64,000 nucleotides of DNA. Origin: Dimorphilus gyrociliatus (lineage: Eukaryota; Animalia; Annelida). The position numbers were made by a program, and so were the translations under genes. A model generated the notes under the pieces. That model saw nothing but the letters and a program-made list of their open reading frames with translations, ran no database searches and was not told the origin of the DNA. Below, piece by piece: positions 37,892 to 49,478 of this stretch (position 1 is the first letter of the stretch; the number at the start of each line of letters is the position of its first letter). The stretch is taken from the NCBI GenBank assembly GCA_904063045.1, contig CAJFCJ010000002.1, forward strand, positions 3,467,891-3,531,890. The letters run 5' to 3'.

Positions 37892-38820
37892 AATAGTTTT
37901 TTTAGAGGATTAAACCTGTTTTTCGTCGTTAGAGGTGAACTGCTTCAGGCAATCTGCAATCACAACATATTTATTTTATTGAAATATGTCTTGAACTATT
38001 TATTAAAGCAATATACAACAACCTGTTCTATTTTTTATTTGTACGGTAAATATTAAAACATGCAAAATCAATTTGTTGACCTTTTCACATTTGTTCTCGA
38101 AAGTGTTAAATTTCTCAAATTATGGGATGAAATTATCCGAATAAACTAATATAGAAGACATTTTTATATGACCAATCAAAATGCAATTCTGCAATGTCGA
38201 CGATAATACAGTATCCATTTGTTTTAATTAATAATTTTTATTAATATACTAATGTCTCAGTAAATGAATGAATAAGAGGTATATACATTATTTTATAGAT
38301 TAGTGAATATACAGTATAATAGATATATACAGTATATATATAACTCCGAAACCATTATCTTGTCAGACAAAAAACTAACAGACAAATCAATTTTACGATA
38401 GCCACAATTATCCAAATCGTAAGATGTGATACTGTATAGTACAACATTGAAGATAAGATAATAAATTAAGTGCTGTTGAACAATGCGCCACCTTGTATTA
38501 AAAATCTTATAGCACCTTTGAATTATTTTGAGAAAATCAAATAGATTAAACAAACTTTCATATATCGTTTTACAAATAAAGCCATGTTATTCTTCTTGCT
38601 CATTACAAACTAGTTCAACAGCGATGTTAAACATACATTAATATTAAATAAATTAATAAATATTATAACTGATACTTGTAATATTGAGTTTTAAAAAATT
38701 GTCAATAACACTCTCGAACTCATCTCTTTCAGCAAGACAATTAAATATCAATATTTCTATCATATTTCTGTCTAACTTTATAAAACTAAGAAAACTTCAA
38801 TAATATTGATTAATTTTCTG

Positions 38821-41074
38821 TTATCTTTCCACTTTGTTCTTTTGTTTAATGTAAAAATATGCCCCTTCTTTTGGTTGACTTTCTATACAAACAACTCTTT
38901 TCATATAACATTTTTCTCTAAAATAAACGAATCCCTTGCAATTCCATATTTTATAGCAATGTTCTAATAGAAGAAAACAATAAGTAAATAGGAAAAAATT
39001 AGCGAAATTACACTCACCGGCACAATATTCTAGTGGACGATTAGCAATTGTCATTCCGTAATCATTTTTTAAACAGTCTCCTCTTCTAATTAGATAATTG
39101 TATCGATTTGAAGTATAATTAGTAGTTGATTTTTTTTCATAAGTAAAAACTGTTAAACTTTCACTTAAATTAATTTCTGGACACACTTCTGCTTTCCTTG
39201 AACATGGATAATTTGATGTTGGATGAAAATTATAAGTAAAAGCTAGACAACTAGGATCACTTAAACATAATCTTCCACATTCTTGAGGTGTTAATTGTTG
39301 TGATCCAAAAGCACGAGATGGACAATCTCCCTTGTATCTTCGAAATTTATCCTCCAGTGAAATGACTGAAAAATCATAAATAAATCATTATGTAAAGTGA
39401 ATTATGATTACTATACAGTATAATTACATTGTTCTATTCTCATGAAAGTCGTGCGATTTGTAAATTTTGAATCTACTTTACAATAAGTATGAAATTTTCG
39501 GCATTCTTTCGTTTTTTCGAAATACTCGAAGGACAAACAATTAGGAGTTTTATAACAAGAGAGAGCACAATCTTCTATTACTGCTTCAACAAATGTCACA
39601 GAAGAGCTAGGTGATTCCTTGCAACTCCCGTTTACAACACGAAATTGGTTATCTCTAGCTACAACTAAACATATTTAACAATAGTCAGAAATCTTCTTCA
39701 ATTAAATAACTAAATAACTACAGAGATTAGCTATCACTTTTGTAAAAATGCGTCCTTCCTCTATTTTAATAACCTTATATTTGGTTGAAGTTAACCCAAT
39801 CCTATCATAAGACTCGGGTTTCATCCGTAGAGAAACATGCCTGTTTTAAAAATAGCTAGTTAATGAACTATTTAACATAATATTTAAACAAGTTTATACA
39901 CTAATTATACCTGAGTTTATTTACCGGATTTCTTTTATCCCGTCTGTGCTTTATCATTGTAAATTTCGATATTTCCTGAGGAAATCGACTAATAAACATT
40001 TTCTTATTTATCAATCTGAAAAGGCAAACAAAGACAAAAAGAAACAATGAAGCAGGTCCAATTAAGACATGTGCTTTTTACCCAAAAAGATAAAAAATAC
40101 CATCTTATTTTTATGTTAATTGAGTTTTCTGTTGAACTCAACTTACGGATTGATAATAATTTACCTGTTCTTCATGTCATCATCTTCTCCTCCCCAACCG
40201 TAAAAGGCTGTAGAATATCCATTAATTGACTCAAATTGATGTGGAAAGAAAGCCAGACTGCCCCCAATTAAACCTGAATATAATATTTTATATCTGAATT
40301 TATTCACGTACGAACCAATATGTCTCGGAGCCAAAATACAATTGTACATGTTTCGATCATCTTCGGATAACATATCGACATCGTGAAATATAATACAATC
40401 ATAATTAAATAATTTCTTAGCTTCTATAAAACCAATGTTCATTAATGTAGCTTTATTAAATATTCTAGGTTGATTTTGTTCAATTACAAATATTCTGTAT
40501 TGTACAAGTTGGGATTGGAGAATTGGGTGAATATAATTCATAAATATTTTTAAATGTCTTTCCCTATCTCGATAAGGAACAATAATTGCAACCTTTTGAA
40601 ATGGAGTGCAAGATCTGGGTTTAAATTCTCCTCTTTCATTTAAAATACCTTTAAAAGATTCCTCTATCTCTTCCCAAGATGGAGTATAAGTCGTATTTAC
40701 AACTAATTTTCCCTCTGTTTATAGAAAAGTATTATTTTTACATTAATTATATTTTTCCATTCAATTTAAGATTGAATACAACTTAATGTTTTTGGTAGGC
40801 AATCGCATACTGGCAATGAGTGATTTATCCTAACAGTCCGGCTACGATAGTCTCTTTCACAAATATCTTCATAGTACATCAAAAATTTGTCAAGTTTTGA
40901 TGGAAACACTGCAGTTAATGGTATTTCAGTTGTTTCGTATGTTTTTTCAACTTTAATTGTTGCAGTAGGACGGTTCAGTCGTTTATAAATATAATAGCAA
41001 ATAAGTTGAATACAAATTAATAATACAAAAAGTTTTACAAATCTTCTAGTCATTTTTCCAAATTTCCGAATCAT
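38821..41074 (-). CDS. GT7 type II membrane glycosyltransferase fused to 3 C-terminal PAN domains, copy G2
   Basis: TM segment LFVLLICIQLICYYIY; IVPYRDR, FNKA, FHDVD, GWGGEDDD, MIKH, FTKVIANL. Phase-1 intron, then PAN1 (CALSCYKTPNC), PAN2 (CGRLCLSDPSC) and PAN3 (CAEHCYKIWNC), stop 38821. Exon structure matches G1. Confidence 0.87.
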
Positions 41075-43068
41075 TTTTCAATTTCTAGAGCGAACTACAA
41101 TGGAATAATGGCTGTCGTTGAATATCCGAAAAACTATTTTGTTTGATCTTGCGGCCTATCTCGTTAAAGGAGTTCTCAGTTAAACCTTAAAATAAATATG
41201 AAACTAATACTTTTATAAGCATTTCCTGTTTCGACTAAAGAGGCAATGTAAGAGAAACAAAATATTTACAACTTAAATGTCAGTTTACATTATTGTTACG
41301 ATGATTATTTAAAAAAAAGAGTTAATCTATATAGCTGAAATCTACATGCGTGAAATGAAAGTAGTCGTTCATAATTTTGTTAAGTAAATATTAATATATA
41401 GCTTTTAAACATTCTCTGGCTGTAGGTGAAATTATATATTTCCTTTCCTTTCTATTCTCTTCTTTAGAAAGAGTCATACTTTTAGCAAAACGCTGAGAAT
41501 AGTAAATATGTTACATTAAAATCAATTAACTATACCAACTATTACATTAATAATGATTTAACGTTATTACTAGATTACTTGAAATTTTACTAGTATTGTT
41601 TATAGGATAGAAAATATTCAATTTATAATGAGATATTATCAATTCATTCAAGGATATGGTTTTTCAAGAAACGTTGTGGCGCCATCTTTTAGCGATTTTT
41701 AGTTTACTTTCCACCGTTATGTACTTTAAGAATTATTTGCGTTTTACTTTGGTGCAATCTTACATATTTGCAAAGAGTGACAAATATAGAAAACCAAGTA
41801 GATTTTTACCAAAAAAATATATTACTGGGGGATAAGACCAAAAAGGGAGAAAGGGAAATTTTCTCCGCCCCCTACAACCGGAAGTTTAATAGGAAAAGAC
41901 CTATTTTCATAAAGTTTACCAATAACGAGAAAACTGATATTTTTCTCACACAGTATTGCGTATTAATATAGTTTACTAGTAAATAGGCAAAATTAGTCTA
42001 TTACAATTTTACAGGAAATGTTTTCCCAACTTCTATGGGAATGTATAGATATGGCAGGTGTATGAATTTGATATAAAATTTAAAAATAGCTAAATGTGCA
42101 CTCATGAAGTATATTTGTTTATTTAAGGTAGTACTGTGATCTTTGAATAGGCTACAAAATATCTTATTATTACATCAACTAAAACTCTGTAAACAGATAA
42201 AGGATACAAACTTCTACCTGTTAATGAATACTGATAATAACTCTAGTTTAAGAAAACGTTGATAATTTTCAAATAAACACTTTTCTTTGACGTTGTAAAA
42301 TAGACTCTCTCTCTACGGAAACATTTAATTTATTTCTATTTGTAAAATCAATGAAAGTTTAAAAAGCATAAGCAGTTTTATAATACTATTTTTCCAATTT
42401 AAAAATTGACAAAATACTTTTTTTTACCAATTGTACAATTTATTATCACAATGCAGCTTAACGTAAACAATTATATATCAAAACTGCCTAATTGCTTTCA
42501 TATCTCACCATGAACCTGTTTGCTTAAACCGCCTCTCAGCGTTCAGCTTATCAGAGTATTTATCGAATTATGACATCCAACACGTTAACCGGTACTAACT
42601 GGTCGTTGTAATATCCTTTGAGTATCTTAAATTTCACAACCAGCTAAATTAGTTTTATTCAATGCAATAATTCCTTCGAAATTTACTTCCTGTAGAATCA
42701 CTTTCCTACTTTATCTAAAACTATTTTTAACAAGCTCTTCTCATCTCATCAAAATTATATTTTTACTTTAAATGTTTAATATTTAAAATTATAATTTAAT
42801 TATTCATTCATTCATCTATTAAATTAGAATATTCATATTTTATATGTTCAGTAACTTCAAACGGTAGATAGATAAGAAACAATATTAATGAGCTAGTTAG
42901 TCCCCTTCATTTGAATAATGGTGCTAGAGTGCTGGAAGCGCCACTTAACCGAATGGCTCATTTTGTGAAGAGACGCAGAAAAGTGAGGAAAGGTCAATTC
43001 TTTTTTCAGATTTATTAATGTTTTTCTATTTTTTCGCACTTAAAATGAAAATTATTTTATTATTACAG

Positions 43069-43779
43069 ATGAATAAATTGATGAGCATCATTCTCGTTGT
43101 ACTATTTTTACAATGCGCTTGGAACTTACCACCAGAATACTTTCGTAATGGGTAAAAATCTCTTGTAATATATTTCTCATAAAATATAATTGTAAACAAA
43201 TGCTATGATCATTTATTCTTAAGAACATAAATAGTATTGATATAAAAGGAAAAAGAACAACTTTTTTCAAAGTAATTTACGACCATACTCGTATTTTCCA
43301 TAAAAATTACCATCTCTCTATTTTCTTTTTATTCTTCATAATTCTATAATATATTGTATACTGAATATTCAATTTTGAACTTTTTCCTTCTTTAGATTGA
43401 AAATTAGACAATAACTTATTTTAATAAATGTTTCCTAATTTGTAGAATCGTTATCTTAAACTTGAACTAGCAAACAACAAACTGTCTAAAAAGTAGAATG
43501 AGTTTTGCCATTCCTGTCAAACATTAGATAGATTAGTTATATTCAAAATACCTTAATGTATTATTTATTAACAGTTTTGCCTGTATTTTCTATTTCAATA
43601 GACGTTCAGCTTGGAGTTCACCTTACAACAGTAAATTTGAAAAAATTACTCAAGCAGTTTGCATTGAATGCGCAAAGCTAATTGGTGAATCGGAGGCGGC
43701 AGCCTGTCTGCAAAATCGTTCAAGCAGTTGGAAAGCATGTTTTCGAGCTGTTTTTATGGACTACCAAAAATCTGTATAA
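43069..43779 (+). CDS. Putative small secreted neuropeptide/hormone precursor (86 aa; exons 43069-43151 and 43602-43779)
   Basis: Phase-2 splice gg|gtaaaa...caatag|a gives MNKLMSIILVVLFLQCAWNLPPEYFRNGRSAWSSPYNSKFEKITQAVCIECAKLIGESEAAACLQNRSSSWKACFRAVFMDYQKSV*. Signal peptide, Gly-Arg site and four Cys. Not in the ORF track. Confidence 0.65.
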
Positions 43780-44644
43780 ATTATTAGATTAGATATGTGA
43801 TTGAGTGAAACTTTTCAATGTCTGGGTACAATAGTATATCATATATATATATATTTTAATATATAAGTATATATATATATATATGAATACTAACGAGCTG
43901 TGCATTTTACATATTTAAAAATAAAAAACATTTGACAAAATTTTAAACTATAATAGAATAAGTAGAAATATGTATATCTAGCTCTCTAAATCTGAAAGTT
44001 AAACTGTCTCTGCACCCCGGCACGAATCCTACAGAGCGAATTCATTTAGCAATTTTATTAAAATCCGGTGTTCGTAGTATAAAAAATAGTAGAGAAGTAA
44101 TCTCCATTATACATTATTAAAAAAGTAGAAAAATACAGTAATCATTAAAATTAATTACAGTTGTTAATGAATAAAAAATTTCTTCCTCTTTTCAAAACAT
44201 CCGATAACTCAAACGGTGCTACGGTTTAAACGCTATCTGTATTTTATACATCTATATAAATAAGTTATATGCACTCAGACATAAAATTGTTAAAAGAAGA
44301 TAACATATTGCAGTTTTAAGGAACAGAGGAAGAATTATAATTGGTGTAACTTTTGAAGCTATGTGTATGCATTTAAGAAGAGTATAGGAAAAGTTTCCCT
44401 GAAAGTGCTCAGTTGGAGAAAAGGGGCCAGGTTCTAAGCATTAAATCGTATTATCTTCTCTTCTAGTCCATTGAGAGTAAGTAGTTTATACATTCGATGG
44501 CAATAGTAACACTAAAAAAAGCACTTACATTCATCATTTCACATATTGTTTTGAAGTTAATCGAGTATAATATAAACTTTTTTATCACTTTTTTTTTCTA
44601 ATGACTTATAAATAGGACACACGTTCAATCCTAATCCATTCAAT

Positions 44645-45955
44645 ATGGTACAACTGAGCGGACTTTTCCCTTTCCTTCCTTTATTGTTTGTTGTGAGTCG
44701 TACTTGTAATTCAAGCTAATAGGAAACGCATATTTTTTAATTTACTCTCTAGACTTTATTTACGCTTATTGAAAATGCAAGTCAGAATAGAAAACGAAAT
44801 TTGGTAATATATGTCATTTTTGCTGTCATATTTTCAATAAGATTTATGAAGTAAATTCATTTTAAAGTGTCTGGGAATGAAATTCAATTCTGTGGACGCT
44901 GCACTCTTCGGCTGCGACGATGAGATTGATATAAAAAATTCCAAACCTGTCATAGTAAGTTGGAATTAACTTGAAAGAGAATTATTTATTATTTATAATA
45001 GAAAAGCTGCTTAATCATTGAATTTTTTTCTATAGATAAACAAAGCCAAGACTTCAACCGACTTTCTTCATTTGGAGAATATACAGGATAGTAAACCATT
45101 GAATTTAACTCGTTTAGAAGATCATTTCTTTCTTCCTAAATACATAACTAATAATGAAGAGGTTATATAATAGTTATTCAATAAGTATAATTATATGTAC
45201 CGCATAAACTGTTTATAATTGTGCAAGCATAAAAAATATCCCTTTTTTTTCATTATCCAATAAAGAAAGAGACTTTCATAAGCACAGCTGCAAACGGATA
45301 TTACAGAAGTACGCTAATTATACAAATTACACATTTTTTGAATAATTTCCATTTTTCTCTTTCTATTTCGTATTTTCATCGATGTTGAATAATCTTAGAG
45401 CTTCGAGAACTGTATAACGAATTTGATTGGGATAGAGATGGAAGTTTAAAACGAAAAGAAATTATTCATTTGAGAAATATACTTGGAAGAATTTCATTTG
45501 ATTACCTTGACTACTATGCGATCAAAGCTAAAGGAATTGGTTTGTACACTCTCATTAATGATTTTCGAATAATACTTTAAAATTAATCTATAAAAGCTAC
45601 AAGAGGTTCAAAAATGCTTTGTTTCGTTGATTTTATCAATTTGATTCAAGTAAATTTAATCCAATATTTTCGTATCAAAAAAATTTCTTAATTAATTATT
45701 TAATTATAAAACTCTAAAATAGCAAATTCATCGGAAAAGAATTTATTTAATGGAGTTTCATAAACTTGATAAATATCCAAGGGACAGAAGACTAGAAGGA
45801 TGGGATCTTTTTCATGTTCATCCCGATTTAAATATTCATTGTAAAGATTTGGGATCCCGCGAAAATATGTCAATATCACCTGGTAGGTATGAAACAGAAA
45901 CCCAATTAAATATATATATATATATATTGCAGTATATCTCCGTTATCAGCACTAA
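44645..45955 (+). CDS. Putative secreted EF-hand protein (multi-exon, hand-assembled)
   Basis: MVQLSGLFPFLPLLFV|CLGMKF signal-like start. Exons splice in phase through FDWDRDGSLKRKE (canonical EF loop) and FHKLDKYPRDRRL (SPARC-like EF with Pro insertion), then a ~50 nt intron to VYLRYQH*. Confidence 0.55.
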
Positions 45956-47081
45956 TTGATTATTTTTTCAAGTACTATCTATAATATTGAAAAAATTAAA
46001 GATACATTTTTATAGGACATTGTTTCAAATGTTTGCTATATTTTCTTAGAAATAGACTCATAAAAAACTATCCAAGGATAGTAAATATCAATGATAAAGC
46101 TCCTAGCTTTACTGATTAATATTTCGCCGATATTTCGCCAACAGCCTTTTAACCTCTACATATAACGAAAAGTGTAATTAGTAAAGCGATTAATACATAG
46201 CATCAGATTTTTTTATTACGTAACTTGTGTAATTGTTAATGAATTTATAGAAAAAGATATGAATATGATGTATTATTTATCCCAATGTAGTATGTTCTAT
46301 ATATTCAATAATGCACAAAAATCCATTATATTTCATATTGTAAAATATTTCTTATACAATTTCTTTGTGTAATCTAATAGATATCGAGCGTTATAGTACG
46401 TTACGCTAAAACGTCGTATAGTAGTATACTTTGTAGAATGTAAAAACCTATAGATTAGTATACATTTAAAGTAGATGTTTGTATGTTATAATCAAAGTCT
46501 GTTATCTTATCCGAATACTATACATTTTCAGTCTCAATCAGTCAATGACCCCTTAAAAATACAATACCCATTACTCTAATGATGTGGATTTTAGTTAAAC
46601 TTGTGAAGGACAATAAAATAAAAATTATTATTTAAACTAACTAACAAAGCTGATTTAACAAAATTGACTCTTTAAAGGACATGTTAAAAGATTTAATGAA
46701 AATAGCGACAAACCAAGATTATTTATTTCTCGCCTGTATGTAGATTATAGCTCCATCTAGTAGATAATAAGACTGTGCCTTTTCAAAAGCAATAATGCTA
46801 CATTTCTTATAAAGAAAATTAACTTTCTTAGCTTGTTTTCAAGTGAAAGTCCGTCTGAATATGGCTTTCGTAAAAAATTATCTACAAACATCTTATTGAC
46901 CTATTTCTACCAGAATATACTTTTACTATAAATAATAAATAAGTTTAATGGCTTTTTTATGATAGGAAATAATTCTTTTCTAGGGTTTTGTTACTATCCT
47001 AGTATATATGCTGTATATCCTTCAATGAGAGGAATATATGCTAATTAATATGCTTAATTACTATTTTTTTTTTCCATTCAG

Positions 47082-48879
47082 AAAAATATGTAATCTGTAA
47101 AGAAAAGCAAATTTTCGATGAACGTTTTGTTTCAAAATGGCATGGAGAATTATCACCAAAATATACATTTCCAATATTAATATTAGCCGAAATTCTTGGT
47201 CGATTTTTACCGTTTGAAAATAAATGCGAAATAATTAAAGATAACTTTATTATACCTTATATAAACTTTGCTGTAAATCAATCATACACTTCCTCAATTA
47301 AAATCCTACTAATTTATTTTAATTCATCAGGAATTTACTGGAATACTGGATGGTTTTCAATCTGAAAATTTATTTAAAGATCTTAATGGCAAAAATTTAT
47401 ATCTATTTTGTGTACGTTTCTTATAAATATTATCAAATTAGAATAATTTAAATAACTTATATAAAAATAAATATTCTTTCAGAATGAAAGTTTAGTAAGA
47501 GAAGTTTACGATTTTAAACTACCCAAATCATTTAAGCCTAATAATCTTAAGGAAATATGGAATATATACTTTTTAATTGGAAAAAAAACGCCACTATTTA
47601 AGACAAACTATAAATTATTCGAGGTGAAACTCATTTCTCTATTGCATATACTTTATCATTCCTATTTTAAACAAAAAAATGCTATAGACCATTGCTTACG
47701 GCTGTTTAAGACAATACTTTCTAACAAGTAAACTAAAATTAACATATAATTTATATATGTTTATAAAGAAACATTTATATTTAATCGTTGTTTGTATAGA
47801 TATATTTCAAGTGTTTTCTGAAAGCGACAAAGATCAAAATGGTTTTCTTATTAATAATCAAAAAGTGTCGGAAATTAAAAATTTTGGTGTTAAATGGATA
47901 AAATCCAACACAAATTTCCAGTATTTATTATTATTATAAACAGTTTTATAAGTAAATAATAAGGTTTTATTAAATAGAGATATCGAATACGTAATGATTA
48001 ATAGATCGGCAACCTTAATGCAATCAAAGGTAACTGCACAAAGGAGTCCAATAACTTTTGATCGGTTCTTATTGCGAGTAATTTGGGTTAGTAAACAACT
48101 TAAATTTACATAATAGATGAACGTAATTTTTCATTTCTTTGTTTATCATATCAAAGTATACGGAAATGTTAAATACATTCCTATGGCAATTTTCGATTTT
48201 TGACAAGGATAATGATAGAATACTCAGATACAAGGGAAAAGATCATAAGAGCGAAGTTGAATTGATTAATACCTGTGGTTTACCTGAATTGATTGAACCG
48301 CTCAAGAAAACTTTTATTAAAGGACAAGACATCGATCGTCAAAGTAATTTTTCAGAATAACTTAAATAATTGAATATTTGTAAAAAATTAATTACATTTT
48401 TTATCAATAGGCTGGATAGAGGCATTCTATAAAAATTACGCTAATTACGATGGTCATTCGATAAATATTTATGAACACTCGAAAGAATCCTTAAAAGTAA
48501 CGCCAAATTACGTCGGTTTATATTTCCTTGCATTTATTCAACTTACTAAAAACCAACTCGAAAAGGTTAATAATTCTATAACAATTGTGTAAATAATAGT
48601 TTTCATAAATAGCTTAAATATTGCATGAAACAGGCACCAAGTAAATATTTCTTAAATAGAGGAGCAGATCTATCATCTGGAAAACAATGGAATGAAAGGA
48701 AAAGTATATCGAAAGCGTATAAAAATGCTAGAAAATATCTATTCAAACTAGCGACAAACAATTCGATAGAAACTTTTCTTAAACCTAACCTAGAATTTTT
48801 TAAGAAAACCGGAAAAGATAAAGTATCGGAATTTCTAACAAATATCTATTGGAAAAAGGCATCTCCATGTCCAATTTAG
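47082..48879 (+). CDS. Uncharacterised multi-exon protein with EF-hand-like loops; 5' end unresolved (may start ~46570 or continue the previous gene)
   Basis: Chain of in-phase exons separated by ~50-70 nt GT-AG introns containing SESDKDQNGFL and WQFSIFDKDNDRIL; ends KKASPCPI* at 48879. Confidence 0.55.
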
Positions 48880-49478
48880 ACGAAATATCACTTTTAATAT
48901 TTAAAATTAATAAGACAAATACAATTCTTTTGTAAACTATTATTTAATATAATTGTTTTTTATTGTATTATTCGAAATGCTTCAAATAAAGGTATATGAA
49001 CATATATTCATTTTCGCATTTTTAACAGAGCTACTTCTCTTTCTTTTGTCGGCAAAAAGTTAACTAGTAGGCCTAAACATCGGTTTTGTCAAAAATGCTA
49101 ATTTGTAAACGAGAATAAAATGTTTTATATTTGCGTTCTAGTGCTATAAGTTTATTTAGTTATAGGCCTAAGTAATGAGTACGTAGTATATGATTGACAT
49201 GCGGAAAACTGACAAAATATAAAAAAGGAGGAAATAGACGCATATGCCATCGCAAGCGAAACAAAATTAACACAAACAGCTTATCCACTGTTCAATCAAG
49301 TTTAATTGAATCGGCCGACAATTAGCAACGCCAAACCGCCCGATTGACCATCAAACAATCTACCTTTTTTACAATCACCTTTAATGAACAAACCAAACTT
49401 GTCGTTCAATTCAGGATATCTTGGACAAGTTAGTTCATTCGGTATCTGCCCATCGATCGACTCATTTGAAACTTCAAT

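Noticed and set aside
38293-38553. 86 aa minus-strand ORF between G1 and G2
   Set aside because: TTG start, no motifs, AT-rich low-information composition.
41676-41694. GGCGCCATCT motif (CTCF/YY1-like) in intergenic DNA
   Set aside because: Only the half-site matches and a similar string occurs in coding sequence (~11550); not supportable without ChIP data.
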